From a phage: a stretch of 64,000 bases of DNA. Within the stretch, counting starts at the first letter, position 1. Every line of letters starts with the position of its first letter. Where the stretch lies: NCBI GenBank assembly GCA_033239445.1, contig GCA_033239445.1_3953.1; one strand, written 5' to 3'. Under the pieces are notes generated by a model. It did no database searches, was not told the DNA's origin, and saw nothing but the letters and a program-made list of their open reading frames with translations. Below, in pieces: positions 34,748 through 44,916 of the stretch. A program made the translations under genes and the position numbers.

Positions 34748-34761
34748 GATTTCTCCAAAAT

Positions 34762-34785
34762 AAAAAGGGAACCTTTTACAGTTCC
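34762..34785 (-). terminator. rho-independent terminator (minus strand)
   Basis: On the minus strand gggaac-tgtaaaagg-ttccc followed by TTTTTTATTTT. Confidence 0.6.
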
Positions 34786-34799
34786 CTAATCATATACGC

Positions 34800-35111
34800 T
34801 TACTGAGCTATTTTCAAGACTTTTAAGAAACCTTCCTCGCCAATTGCATCATAAACGTTTTCAGTTGGCTTGATAAGGTTGTTCAAGCATACAATTTTCT
34901 TACGCTTCTTGTCATAAGTAAGCTTCAGTTGTTTCAACTCTTTGTCATCTTCAGGGTGCTCATTGTACATCTTCACAGCTTCTTTGAAGCTAATGTAGCC
35001 ACCACCTAAAGTAAGGAAACCTGTACCACAATAGTGGGAGTTGTGTTTATCAGCCATAAACTGGCACAGGATAGAAATCTGAATTTTACGAGTGTTATAA
35101 ATCTTTTCCAT
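34800..35111 (-). CDS. hypothetical protein
   Basis: 103 aa ORF. Confidence 0.5.
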   Translation of the reverse strand: MEKIYNTRKIQISILCQFMADKHNSHYCGTGFLTLGGGYISFKEAVKMYNEHPEDDKELKQLKLTYDKKRKKIVCLNNLIKPTENVYDAIGEEGFLKVLKIAQ

Positions 35112-35122
35112 TTTAATAATCC

Positions 35123-35380
35123 TTACTTGCTACGTTTACGGTTGCGAGCTTTTTTAGCTGCACGTTTAATTGCTGCTGCACCAGTTTGGCGATGAGCTTG
35201 CTTCTTACCACCTTTACCACGTCCAACATGGATGTAAGGTTGCTGTTCAATCTGGCTTGCAAGAACCTGTGCAACTGCTGAAGCGTCTACTCCAACCTGC
35301 TTACCAGTCATTGAAACGATAGCTGCTGCTTTTGCCAGAGCTGCTAAGAAACCTGCTTTCATGTTTGAAAAAATTCCCAT
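35123..35380 (-). CDS. small basic hypothetical protein
   Basis: 85 aa; lysine/arginine-rich C-terminus. Confidence 0.45.
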   Translation of the reverse strand: MGIFSNMKAGFLAALAKAAAIVSMTGKQVGVDASAVAQVLASQIEQQPYIHVGRGKGGKKQAHRQTGAAAIKRAAKKARNRKRSK

Positions 35381-35395
35381 TTTAATATCTCTCTT

Positions 35396-35653
35396 TTAAA
35401 GTTTAATACAGAACTGTTTTAGTTCTTCTTCTGTTACGGAAATTACTTTGTCATCTTCAACAATATTTGTTGCGTAGAAGTTTGACATGTGTGACTTATA
35501 TTTTACTCTGAAAACTTCAACTTCTGCAAGCTTTTTTAAAGCGTCTAGTCCGGTTGTATCAAAAAGACTCTTTGTGTACTTCTGCCAATCTTCAAGAGTG
35601 TTAGGGTTAACCTTATACTCTCCAAACAGTGAGCTATTGCAATAGATGGTCAT
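35396..35653 (-). CDS. hypothetical protein
   Basis: ORF-track frame 35396-35794 trimmed to internal ATG at 35653 (SD ggtgag) to remove overlap with nrdG. Confidence 0.4.
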   Translation of the reverse strand: MTIYCNSSLFGEYKVNPNTLEDWQKYTKSLFDTTGLDALKKLAEVEVFRVKYKSHMSNFYATNIVEDDKVISVTEEELKQFCIKL

Positions 35654-35678
35654 AATCTCACCTCTTTGAAAACCCGCT

Positions 35679-36170
35679 CTATTCTGCTCTCCATTGACAG
35701 TCGCCTTGCCAGCCATATTCTTTTCTCCAAAGTATTTGATTGTCAGACCCACGATACGGTTTGTGTGTCGGTTTAGAAGCATCATACTTACCATCTATTA
35801 CCACGTCAACATATTTCATCACTTCTAAGTTAATTTTTTCATGTAGTTGGTAACCTGTCCATAACCAGATAGACTTGTCTGGGTATACGGTTTTAATCCG
35901 CTTACAGATATTTGTTACTGTCTGAACATTCCTATCATCAAGTGGTTCTCCACCAAGGATAGATAGACCACTGATTCCATCATCATTCATTATCTGCATA
36001 ATGCCATAAAGGTTTGCATAAGTAAACTCTTTACCAGCATTAAACTTCCAAGATTCCTTGTTAAAGCAACCTTCACAGTGATGTTTGCAGCCAGCTACAA
36101 AAAGACTGACACGAGCACCTTCACCGTTCGCTGTATCGAATTTTCGTATTTCCATGTAGTTCATTAGCAC
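35679..36170 (-). CDS. nrdG: anaerobic ribonucleotide reductase activating protein (radical SAM)
   Basis: 163 aa; CKHHCEGC cluster in the N-terminal region; directly downstream of nrdD. Confidence 0.85.
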   Translation of the reverse strand: MLMNYMEIRKFDTANGEGARVSLFVAGCKHHCEGCFNKESWKFNAGKEFTYANLYGIMQIMNDDGISGLSILGGEPLDDRNVQTVTNICKRIKTVYPDKSIWLWTGYQLHEKINLEVMKYVDVVIDGKYDASKPTHKPYRGSDNQILWRKEYGWQGDCQWRAE

Positions 36171-36556
36171 ACCTCAACTTCAAAACTTACATGTTTTGTG
36201 ACGTACTCTTCACAATGCTCTTTAATAAATTCCTGAAGCAGTTCATCTTCCTGAGCACGAGTCATCAAAGCAACATACTTTGGATTCATTGTTTGCTGAA
36301 TACTGTAGAAAGACATGTCACCAATTTCTGTACCATATGAATCTGACCATGTTCCAGTTACTACTAAGACTTTATCACTCAACTCCGTAGGGAGTTCAAT
36401 GTCATCATCCTTTGCGTCATCAATAACAGAGTCAGTTATTAAAAGAGTACATGCTATGTAAAACTCTGAGTATTTTCTGTGGGTTTTCTCACAAGAGCCA
36501 CACTCTAAAGCATAGTCTTTAAGCCAGTTCATTTGATTTTTATTTAATTTAGTCAT
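36164..36556 (-). CDS. hypothetical protein
   Basis: 130 aa ORF. Confidence 0.5.
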   Translation of the reverse strand: MTKLNKNQMNWLKDYALECGSCEKTHRKYSEFYIACTLLITDSVIDDAKDDDIELPTELSDKVLVVTGTWSDSYGTEIGDMSFYSIQQTMNPKYVALMTRAQEDELLQEFIKEHCEEYVTKHVSFEVEVC

Positions 36557-36652
36557 TTCTCTTTCCTTTCAATGTGTTGTATAAAAGCCCTAACAAGAAA
36601 CCTAGTAAGACAGAGCCTACTAAGGTGACTAACAAGAATGTCTTAATCATCA

Positions 36653-36910
36653 TCAATACCACCATATTGTTTGGTTGTTATCACAAACATACAGGTACTC
36701 TGTCCCGATTTGTGGGACGATGATTGTAGTGTTGCCTGATATGACTGTCATATAGTATAGGTAATTTCTACTCTGTGACGTTTGCTGACAATGGTTTGCA
36801 GTCATCCAAAGCTTAGTGTGGTAACTGTCATACACAGCAAAACCTATCAGAATTACTAATGCAATCCCAAGAAACCATAACCAAAATTTAGGCCAAAAAT
36901 CATAGCTCAT
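36653..36910 (-). CDS. small hypothetical membrane protein
   Basis: 85 aa; hydrophobic segment WLWFLGIALVILIGFAVY. Confidence 0.45.
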   Translation of the reverse strand: MSYDFWPKFWLWFLGIALVILIGFAVYDSYHTKLWMTANHCQQTSQSRNYLYYMTVISGNTTIIVPQIGTEYLYVCDNNQTIWWY

Positions 36911-36979
36911 ACGTTAATTCCATACTCAATAAAAAAGGTGATGTAAGCCTATCAAGACCTACACCACCTTGTCAACTAC

Positions 36980-39124
36980 TTACATAGATTTTCTATCCTG
37001 AATTTCAGCAATTTTTGCATCGTTCATTCTGGAAGTACCTTTAATCTTAGTCCAGCCAAGATAACCACAAACACGGTTAATCACAGAGATATCGTGTGAG
37101 TTGCACTTAGGACACAATTCAACATCTGCACTTGGACGGTGACCACAATTCTCACAGATTGCCAAGTCAAAGTTAACACCTTGATAGAAACCTTTACCCA
37201 TACCTCTTGTCACACAAGCCCTAATAGCTTTATGATTCTCTGGATTAGCAATACGAACGTACTGGATATGACCACCATTACAAGCATGGAAGAAAGGTTC
37301 TTCTAAGTCTTGCTTTTCAAATGGTGTAATATCTGCACCAACATTCATGTGGAAGCTGTTTGTAAAGTATTCTTTATCAGATACACCTTTAACAACTCCA
37401 AACATGTTTCTAAACTGCTTCAATTGCGTACCACAAAGGCTCTCAGCAGGTGTACCATAGAGGGCATACAAGAAACCATCTTCCTGTTTAAACTGCTCCA
37501 GTTTGCCATTCAGGTAGTTTAAAACCTTACTTGCAATATCACCGTCTGACTCATGTAATCTCTTACCTTGTGCAAGGACTGTCAACTCATCCAATGCAGT
37601 GACACCGAAAGAGGCTGTAAAAGACTTCACAGTATCCCAACCAATCTTGTCAGTTGGCTTCTTATGACCTTTATACAAACCACCTTGTGTGAATGCCAGA
37701 GGGTTAGAACTTGCTGGCATATTAGCAATCATCTCATAACGCTTTTTATGGAAGCTTCTAATCATCTCAAGATACTTGTCAAGTTCTGTCCAGAAGTCTA
37801 AACCATTCTCTTCAGAATACTTGTAAATCATTGGCAGATTAAGAGATACTGCACCGATATTTGCTCGCCCTGTGTAGAACTCTTTACCATCTTCATCATG
37901 ATATGGAGATAAGAAAGCTCTGCAACCCATTGGAGAGATGACTGCACCTGAACGCTCAAAAGCTTCTGCAACAGAACCATGACCAGAAACACTTAAGAAG
38001 TCTGGGTACATAGCTTTAGAACAGCACTCAATAGCTTTGTCATAAAGAGTTCCCTGCCAAGGGTCTAACATGTGTCTTGTTTCATCATAGATGTAAACCA
38101 GTTTAGGGAATACAACAGGCTTCTTAGATTTACCTTGACCATTCATTCTCACATCAAGAATAGTCTTCGCAATCATAAATTGCAAGCGGTTATCTTCACT
38201 AGCCATATCTGGTTCGAGTAAACCAAATGTTAAGGTTGTGAATGCAAAGTCACCACGGCTGCAAGGAACTGTATTCAGTTTCATTTCCAGAGATTGGAAG
38301 CCTTGGGTTAGCTCAATCTGAAGTTGTTCTTTAGCATAGTGGTATGCACCACCTCTCCCTGTGATATTATACTGCTTTGCTTTTTCCAGATGATACTCAA
38401 AAGACTTCTTAGCATATGGCACAAGAACCTTGTCAATCTCTGGGATAGTGAACCCACCAAACTGCTGTGCAGTTGCTGAGAGTACAACGTCACCAATAAC
38501 CTGTAAAGCTGAAAGTACAGACTTTGGTTCACAGTATTCAATGCCGGACATTTCAAAACCACCTTTCAAGACACTTCCAATGTCAAACAGGCAACAGTTA
38601 ATACCACCGAAGATTAAATCTCTTAAGTCATGGATATAAATGAACCCATCTTCAATAGCACTTGCTTCTTCTGGTGTCAAGTGATACTGCTTAAAGATTT
38701 CTTTTGTCAAATATCCACGGATGATTGAACCTTTTGTAGAGATTAAGCTACTATCAAAGTTAGCATTCTCACGGTCACCTAAGAAGAGTGTGTCTTTAGT
38801 TTTCTGGTAAAGTTCATCCCAATTCTGTGCAACCTCTTTACGATAGTTTCTGTAGGTTGAATATGACTCATAGATTTCATGGTTTATCTCTGCCAGAGTT
38901 CCTTCCACAATACTGTGAACATCATCTACAGAGATGAGCATAGCATTCTGATTAGTTGCTCTGACAAGCAGTCTCATAAAGGCTGATTCAAGAGCATGGA
39001 TAACTTCTAGTGGTAACTCTTTGTAGCCAACTCTATTAGCTGACTTGGTAACTGCTTCGACGATTTTATTTACATTTGGTTTTTCCAGTGAACCGTCTTT
39101 CTTAATAATTTGTACTTTAACCAT
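36980..39124 (-). CDS. nrdD: anaerobic ribonucleoside-triphosphate reductase
   Basis: ATP-cone N-terminus, C-terminal zinc ribbon CENCGH ... CPKC and glycyl-radical motif RVCGYLG; start trimmed to ATG at 39124 with SD aggag. Confidence 0.9.
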   Translation of the reverse strand: MVKVQIIKKDGSLEKPNVNKIVEAVTKSANRVGYKELPLEVIHALESAFMRLLVRATNQNAMLISVDDVHSIVEGTLAEINHEIYESYSTYRNYRKEVAQNWDELYQKTKDTLFLGDRENANFDSSLISTKGSIIRGYLTKEIFKQYHLTPEEASAIEDGFIYIHDLRDLIFGGINCCLFDIGSVLKGGFEMSGIEYCEPKSVLSALQVIGDVVLSATAQQFGGFTIPEIDKVLVPYAKKSFEYHLEKAKQYNITGRGGAYHYAKEQLQIELTQGFQSLEMKLNTVPCSRGDFAFTTLTFGLLEPDMASEDNRLQFMIAKTILDVRMNGQGKSKKPVVFPKLVYIYDETRHMLDPWQGTLYDKAIECCSKAMYPDFLSVSGHGSVAEAFERSGAVISPMGCRAFLSPYHDEDGKEFYTGRANIGAVSLNLPMIYKYSEENGLDFWTELDKYLEMIRSFHKKRYEMIANMPASSNPLAFTQGGLYKGHKKPTDKIGWDTVKSFTASFGVTALDELTVLAQGKRLHESDGDIASKVLNYLNGKLEQFKQEDGFLYALYGTPAESLCGTQLKQFRNMFGVVKGVSDKEYFTNSFHMNVGADITPFEKQDLEEPFFHACNGGHIQYVRIANPENHKAIRACVTRGMGKGFYQGVNFDLAICENCGHRPSADVELCPKCNSHDISVINRVCGYLGWTKIKGTSRMNDAKIAEIQDRKSM

Positions 39125-39139
39125 TCTGACTCCTAATGC

Positions 39140-39163
39140 GAAAAAGGTCTCCGAAGAGACCCT
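39140..39163 (-). terminator. rho-independent terminator (minus strand)
   Basis: On the minus strand gggtctc-ttcg-gagacc followed by TTTTT. Confidence 0.65.
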
Positions 39164-39173
39164 TATATTAATT

Positions 39174-39374
39174 CTACTTATAAAACTTTTCAATAAGCTT
39201 TTTAAGCTTTCCGCTCAAATCATGTTTGATATCTAATATCTCAAAGATAACCCATACTAGCATAGCTCCAAAGAGAGCACCTTGTTTTAAATCAGTAAAC
39301 AGACTAGTAACCATGAATGCCAGAGCAATCATCGGAGCATCTTCAACAAAACCATCCCATAAACGTTTAAGCAT
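39174..39374 (-). CDS. small hypothetical membrane protein
   Basis: 66 aa; two hydrophobic segments. Confidence 0.45.
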   Translation of the reverse strand: MLKRLWDGFVEDAPMIALAFMVTSLFTDLKQGALFGAMLVWVIFEILDIKHDLSGKLKKLIEKFYK

Positions 39375-39609
39375 TATTCACCTCTGCCATAAAGTTCTGT
39401 AGTGTTCCAACAGGTTTCATTTCATTGTCTTCAACCTTCATAATAAAAGGCATCTGACGAACAGGTATCTTTGCAATATCCATCAGGTCACTTAGCTCAT
39501 AATCTTTCCCAAGCATTCTTACAACATGGTCTAATCCACGAGCCTGAGCAAAGTTCTTAGCAGTCACACACTGTGGGCAGCCATCTTTTGAGTAAATTAC
39601 ATAAGTCAT
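39367..39609 (-). CDS. nrdH: glutaredoxin/NrdH-like redoxin
   Basis: 80 aa; CPQC active site near the N-terminus; adjacent to nrdB. Confidence 0.8.
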   Translation of the reverse strand: MTYVIYSKDGCPQCVTAKNFAQARGLDHVVRMLGKDYELSDLMDIAKIPVRQMPFIMKVEDNEMKPVGTLQNFMAEVNNA

Positions 39610-40682
39610 TAAGGAACCTCTAAAAATCCTGAATTTAAATCATCAACAACAGTATTCAAAAGATACGCACCATTTTGTTGTTCTTGGTTAGCGTTTTGCT
39701 CTTTATCAATTTCCATCTTCTTAATCATATATTTCAAAGGTGGTTCTTTAGGAGCTACAAAGTCTCTTGGAATACCAAACATATCATACAATGGAGCAGC
39801 GTTGTAGTAAACCCATTCGTGAAGAAGTTTTGTATTCAAACCTACAACAGCACGTCCTTCAGAGAAGATATAATAAGACCATTTCTCTTCACTTTCAACT
39901 ACTTCATCCAGAATTACTTTAATTTCTGGGAGTACTTGACGGAAAGCTTCTTGCCACTCTTCATCTTTCAAAGTTTCTTTTAATGCTTCGATATCAATCT
40001 TTGTGTGAATGATTTCGTCAAGCATAATTTTCTGTACTGCTTGTGCAATCCCTTGGAATTTATCTTGTGCATCAAGTGCAAAGGTACATGCAAAGGATGC
40101 CATGAAGGAAATACCCTCAAGTGCTGTTACTGCAAAGAGACCTTTTAAGATTACTTTGTGGAAGTGTAAAGGGTCTTTCTCCATTAACTCTTGACGAACA
40201 TAGCTTAAACGATAGTTAATACCTTCGTCAAGTAATTCTGCCAGTGCTCTGTTCACAGTCTTCAATCTGTCCTGAACAGCAGCATTCTGGTTAATCTCAT
40301 CAAGGATTGTTTCAGGGTTCTTGATACACTGACGGACAATCTCTGAATAAGTTAGTGCATGAAGGTTCTCAATTTCTGATTGCTTCATGATAGCAGTTGC
40401 ATAGATATCATCAGAGATGAACGGTGCAAATGCAAAAGCTAAACTCTTAGCAACCTGTGTATCTGCTTCCCATTGCCATTTCAGAATCTCAAGCATTACA
40501 CCAGACATTGATTGAGGGACACTCTCAAAGTCTAAACGTGACTGTTCAAATGGGAACTCCTCTTCAGACCAGTCTTGTGCTTTCTGCTGCTTATACAGTT
40601 CAAAGATTTTTGGATAGTGTTTATTCAGTGAATCGAAAGTTTTTCGTTCACCGCCTAAGAAAATTGGATGTGGATTAATCAT
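39609..40682 (-). CDS. nrdB: ribonucleotide reductase class Ia small subunit
   Basis: 357 aa; ferritin-like diiron motifs (LEGISFMASFA, LDEIIHT); immediately downstream of nrdA. Confidence 0.85.
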   Translation of the reverse strand: MINPHPIFLGGERKTFDSLNKHYPKIFELYKQQKAQDWSEEEFPFEQSRLDFESVPQSMSGVMLEILKWQWEADTQVAKSLAFAFAPFISDDIYATAIMKQSEIENLHALTYSEIVRQCIKNPETILDEINQNAAVQDRLKTVNRALAELLDEGINYRLSYVRQELMEKDPLHFHKVILKGLFAVTALEGISFMASFACTFALDAQDKFQGIAQAVQKIMLDEIIHTKIDIEALKETLKDEEWQEAFRQVLPEIKVILDEVVESEEKWSYYIFSEGRAVVGLNTKLLHEWVYYNAAPLYDMFGIPRDFVAPKEPPLKYMIKKMEIDKEQNANQEQQNGAYLLNTVVDDLNSGFLEVP

Positions 40683-41062
40683 TCTGGTAAGATTCCTGTA
40701 TCTAGAAAGTTTCTGGCTTCAGTTGTTGTCATAACAACCCATCTGTCCTTGTTGAACATATCAAGTGGCCTTGCATATGTTTGCTTTGGATTAAAACAAT
40801 CAACATATCGTATATGTTCTTTCCAAGAACCATCTGGCATCTTAACTTTTAAGTCTAAGTCTGCAATATAATACAAAGACCGTCTTGGAATATAAAATAA
40901 ATATAGTGAGTTATCTTTACTACGTATTCTCGCATTGCGAATTAAATCTAGCATACCTTTCTCCAAGTTAATTTTAGAGGGTCTTTTACGACCCTCATAG
41001 TTATTCAAACTAAACGCCGCAACCCTCACAGTAGGCATCTTGTAGTGCTGATTTACCAACAC
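40679..41062 (-). CDS. hypothetical protein between nrdA and nrdB
   Basis: 127 aa ORF overlapping the nrdA 3-prime end; no recognisable nuclease motif. Confidence 0.35.
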   Translation of the reverse strand: MLVNQHYKMPTVRVAAFSLNNYEGRKRPSKINLEKGMLDLIRNARIRSKDNSLYLFYIPRRSLYYIADLDLKVKMPDGSWKEHIRYVDCFNPKQTYARPLDMFNKDRWVVMTTTEARNFLDTGILPE

Positions 41063-43244
41063 CGATACGGCTGTTCAGGTAGTACATAGTTTTCAAACCA
41101 ACAAGGTTTGCATAAATCATGTACTTCAAAGCTTGCTCTAATGATACCTTCTTAGACCTCGAGTAGTCAACATAGAAATCTGAAGAGATAGCTTGACCAG
41201 TGAATTTTTGAACAATTGCATAGCAATCAATCATATCAAATGTGTCAATATCCCAAGCAATTTCATATACATACTTCAACTCTTCATAATCAGGTACAAT
41301 AAACAGAACGTTACCAGTTGCAGACTTCTTAGTTAAGATGAAGTCACGAATAGGGTATAGGCCGTTTGTCGTGTTAGTTGCCAGAGAAGAACTCTCATTA
41401 GGCATGTAAGCCTCTAACACAGAGTTACGGATACCTCCATTTTCCTTGATTCGCTGTGACAGGTCATCCCAATCATAACGAAGTTTTGCATCGTGCTTTT
41501 CATCAATTTTCTTGTTAGCAGTCTTTGGTGGAACCCAACCGTCAGGGTACTTAGTAAACTGCATGTACTCTGGTACACCACGCTCTTTTGCGAGTCTTAA
41601 AGATGCTTCATGCAAGAAGTAAGAGTGCATCTCAGCCAACTCATGAAGTTTAGTTTTACCAGCCCTTGATGAGTAGTTCACATAGTTCTTCGCAAGGTAA
41701 TGGGCCACATTAGTAAGACCAATACCAACAGAACGACGTTTCTGAACATGGTTACGCATTGACGGATACGGATAATCCATAAGGTCAATAACGGAGTCAA
41801 CCATTGCAAGAGCATAATAAGCAACGTCAGCGTATTCATCTTCTGTGATTCTCCCTGCAACCAAACTAGCTAGGAAGCAAAGAGCAACTTCACCGTCTTC
41901 TTTCTTGGCTGTGTAGCTATACAGGTCTCTTTCATCCTCAAAACCATGAACTGGTAAGACAATCTCCATACACAGGTTTGACATTTTCAAAGGCTCTTTG
42001 AAAGGTGTATGATAGTTTGCGTTGTTAGTAAAGAACGGGTAAACACGTCCTGTAGCATAACGTTGTTGAATAAACAACTTGGCAACTTCACGAGCCTTCA
42101 CACGTTTATGTTTAACACCTGTATGAACTGCGTGACCTACTGCCATAGCAAATTCATCAGCACTTGCTGTGTAGAACATGTCATACAGTCTTGGTGCATC
42201 TTTGTAAGAGAATAGCAACCAATCTGTATCGTACTGTACACATTGCCAGAAGTAATCATTTGCACCAAATGAGTAATCCATTTCATTAATACGTTTTGCA
42301 GTAACCGTTGTAGGGTGCTTCAAGCGTAGCAAATCCTCAATCTGTGGGTCTAATGCAGTGAAGAAGTTATTAGCTGAACCACCACGACTCTTCTGCTTAT
42401 TAGCCTCTACAGCAGCACGTACAAGCTTATAATAAGGGAGTTTTCCCATATGCTCAATAGTGTTTTGTCGGATTCCATCACCAATTGTTCTGGTCTCCAT
42501 CAGCATACCAATACCTGCTTGCTTAGTGGTCATGTCATAAGCTACTTTTGTAGCAATGCCAAGAGATTCAGCAGTATCATTTGCTTTAATTAGGCAGCAT
42601 GAAGCATAGCCAGATTTTGTAGCTCTCAGACCATTCAGATACGGTGTAGGAGCATTAATCTTCAGGTCAGATAGATATGTGTAGAGTTTAATAACATCAT
42701 CTAAACGACGCTGTTTAGGCTGTCTTTCAAAGGCTTTCATAGCCATACCCATGAACATAAACTGTGGAGACTCAAATAGCTTACCACTTTTAATGTCACG
42801 GATTCCATACTTATCACGGAACTGCTTCAGTACTGCATACCCATAAGAGATATCTTTTGAATGTACGATGTGACCTTGTAAGTAGTCAATCTCTTCAGGT
42901 GTGTAATCCATATGTTCCCAAAGCCCCATCTGCTCCATCTTCATCACAAATGGAAGTAACTGAGGAACCTTTGTAAATCCACCAAAAGCTTCTTTGTAGA
43001 TAATGCCAAGAAGTAGTCTCCCAGCCATATCAGAGTACTCTTGAGTTTGCTTATCAATACAAACGTCAATCATAGCTTGGTGCATTTCTTTTGTTGTACA
43101 ACCTTCATAAACACGCTTCATAGCTTCCATTACAACTTCTGACCAGATAATTCCTCTCTTGTCAGCCCATGAAGCCCATTTATTTAAACGTTCTGGTTCG
43201 AATGGTACGATTGTACCGTCTGATTTGCGAATAGTAGTAATCAT
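41010..43244 (-). CDS. nrdA: ribonucleotide reductase class Ia large subunit
   Basis: 744 aa; N-terminal ATP-cone (ITTIRKSDGTIVPFEPERL), C-terminal cysteine pair CEGCG. Confidence 0.9.
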   Translation of the reverse strand: MITTIRKSDGTIVPFEPERLNKWASWADKRGIIWSEVVMEAMKRVYEGCTTKEMHQAMIDVCIDKQTQEYSDMAGRLLLGIIYKEAFGGFTKVPQLLPFVMKMEQMGLWEHMDYTPEEIDYLQGHIVHSKDISYGYAVLKQFRDKYGIRDIKSGKLFESPQFMFMGMAMKAFERQPKQRRLDDVIKLYTYLSDLKINAPTPYLNGLRATKSGYASCCLIKANDTAESLGIATKVAYDMTTKQAGIGMLMETRTIGDGIRQNTIEHMGKLPYYKLVRAAVEANKQKSRGGSANNFFTALDPQIEDLLRLKHPTTVTAKRINEMDYSFGANDYFWQCVQYDTDWLLFSYKDAPRLYDMFYTASADEFAMAVGHAVHTGVKHKRVKAREVAKLFIQQRYATGRVYPFFTNNANYHTPFKEPLKMSNLCMEIVLPVHGFEDERDLYSYTAKKEDGEVALCFLASLVAGRITEDEYADVAYYALAMVDSVIDLMDYPYPSMRNHVQKRRSVGIGLTNVAHYLAKNYVNYSSRAGKTKLHELAEMHSYFLHEASLRLAKERGVPEYMQFTKYPDGWVPPKTANKKIDEKHDAKLRYDWDDLSQRIKENGGIRNSVLEAYMPNESSSLATNTTNGLYPIRDFILTKKSATGNVLFIVPDYEELKYVYEIAWDIDTFDMIDCYAIVQKFTGQAISSDFYVDYSRSKKVSLEQALKYMIYANLVGLKTMYYLNSRIGVGKSALQDAYCEGCGV

Positions 43245-43267
43245 TATATTAAATCCTACAGGTGAAA

Positions 43268-43290
43268 AAGGGTCTCCGAAGAGACCCCTT
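43268..43290 (-). terminator. rho-independent terminator (minus strand)
   Basis: On the minus strand ggggtctc-ttcg-gagaccc followed by TTTTTCAC. Confidence 0.65.
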
Positions 43291-43295
43291 AGAGA

Positions 43296-43631
43296 TTAAA
43301 TGCTAAAAATCTTTTTACTTTCCCAGAGTTCAATGAACTTCTGTGACACTTTTGTTAGTGAACCTTTAGACATTGTATTCATGTACCAGTAACGTTTACC
43401 TTCATCGAATGCCATGTCAAGTTTCTCACTAATATCTTCTTCAAGTCTTGCAATTGAAAAGTTACCACGTACTTTGCAGACAACTCGTCCAAATTTGATA
43501 TCGCTGCGACCTTTGCAATCTTCAGTGTACATTACAAAGTCACCATGATGTAATGTCTCACCAAACTTATCATTGCCTAGTTCTTCACCAGCTTTGATTT
43601 CTTCTTTAGTTAACTTTTTAATTTTAGACAT
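43296..43631 (-). CDS. hypothetical protein
   Basis: 111 aa ORF. Confidence 0.5.
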   Translation of the reverse strand: MSKIKKLTKEEIKAGEELGNDKFGETLHHGDFVMYTEDCKGRSDIKFGRVVCKVRGNFSIARLEEDISEKLDMAFDEGKRYWYMNTMSKGSLTKVSQKFIELWESKKIFSI

Positions 43632-43950
43632 GATATCTATCCAAGTTTCGTTTCAAGTAAATCCACTGGTCATCTGTGCGCTCTACACCCATGAACAGGG
43701 GGGCTACAACAACTTTACCAAAAGTATTTCTGTGCTGGCAAATCTCGTAAGAGTACGGTTTATCAATATTTAAGCCATACTTATACAACACTGCTGCTAA
43801 TACTTGTTCATTATCCAGAATCGTTTCTGGCTTCTCTCCGTACTTGTCTAACAGTGAATCATTCATAAACACTGTCATAGAGAGATTGTAGTTGGAGAAG
43901 TGGCTTTTTGCCACCACTTCTTCACATTTATTAATGTTCTGTGAATCCAT
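43624..43950 (-). CDS. hypothetical protein
   Basis: 108 aa ORF. Confidence 0.5.
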   Translation of the reverse strand: MDSQNINKCEEVVAKSHFSNYNLSMTVFMNDSLLDKYGEKPETILDNEQVLAAVLYKYGLNIDKPYSYEICQHRNTFGKVVVAPLFMGVERTDDQWIYLKRNLDRYHV

Positions 43951-44686
43951 TATAACCGACTCCTTTCAACCACTGCTTGAGGTTGATTGCATCATAATTC
44001 AATTTCGGATATGAGGTTACATGGAACTTCTCACCATCATAGTACACAATATCCGCAAGCCATAATCCATTCTCACGGCAGAAGTCTTTATCTGCTTTTG
44101 AAGAGATTGGTTCAACTTTAGAAAAGTTTTTAATGCCAAGACTACCAAGACTTCCAATCAGCCCTTGGCAGATAACGCATGTGTCAGATGTTACCACAAA
44201 TAATTCTTTTGCGTCAACTTCTGCAATAAAACTTTCAAGTTGAACTTTTGGAAGATTAGACTGCTTCATAATCTTACCATCAGACTTGCGAATAATCGCA
44301 AACCACTCTTTACCTTCAATAATTGATTGACGCAGGTAACATTCATCACCAGTACGTTTCTCAATATCAAACATTCGCTGTAAAGCTTCTTGATAGTCGT
44401 CTGTGTATTTGAGGTTGTTGTTTTCACAAACAACCTTGATAGCACCATCATGGTCATGTTGTGTCAGGAAAATTAAACCATCAAGTACATACTGCAAATC
44501 AGCTTGAGCATCAAGGGTCTCAACAGGGTCTTTGGCTTCTACTGCTGCAACTAGCTCTCTAGCTTCTTCAAGCATACACAGAGACTGACTTTTCAGTGAT
44601 TCCCAATACTCTGTGCTGTATGGTTCTTTTGGATTATTGCCACAACGTAGATTCCAATTTCTTACGGATTCTCTGGAATTAAACAT
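43931..44686 (-). CDS. hypothetical protein (weak resemblance to MazG-like NTP pyrophosphohydrolase N-terminally)
   Basis: 251 aa; helical N-terminal half with acidic E/D pattern; function guess is weak. Confidence 0.5.
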   Translation of the reverse strand: MFNSRESVRNWNLRCGNNPKEPYSTEYWESLKSQSLCMLEEARELVAAVEAKDPVETLDAQADLQYVLDGLIFLTQHDHDGAIKVVCENNNLKYTDDYQEALQRMFDIEKRTGDECYLRQSIIEGKEWFAIIRKSDGKIMKQSNLPKVQLESFIAEVDAKELFVVTSDTCVICQGLIGSLGSLGIKNFSKVEPISSKADKDFCRENGLWLADIVYYDGEKFHVTSYPKLNYDAINLKQWLKGVGYNGFTEH

Positions 44687-44916
44687 TAAGCCTCCTTATC
44701 TTCAAACAACTTTTGTTGAGACTCAATATAGTCCATTCGTTCTTTGAGTTCAACACGTTTGCTTAACAGATGTTGAATTTGTGATTCCAGAGCATCCATC
44801 TCAGCTTCTGTAGCTGACTTAGCTTTACTGATAGTTTCCTTCAGTGCTGCTACACCACTCTGGATTTTAGAAACATGGTCATTTTTGATTTTATTAAACA
44901 TTTTAAACTCTCTCAT
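44686..44916 (-). CDS. small hypothetical protein
   Basis: 76 aa; coiled-coil-like. Confidence 0.4.
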   Translation of the reverse strand: MREFKMFNKIKNDHVSKIQSGVAALKETISKAKSATEAEMDALESQIQHLLSKRVELKERMDYIESQQKLFEDKEA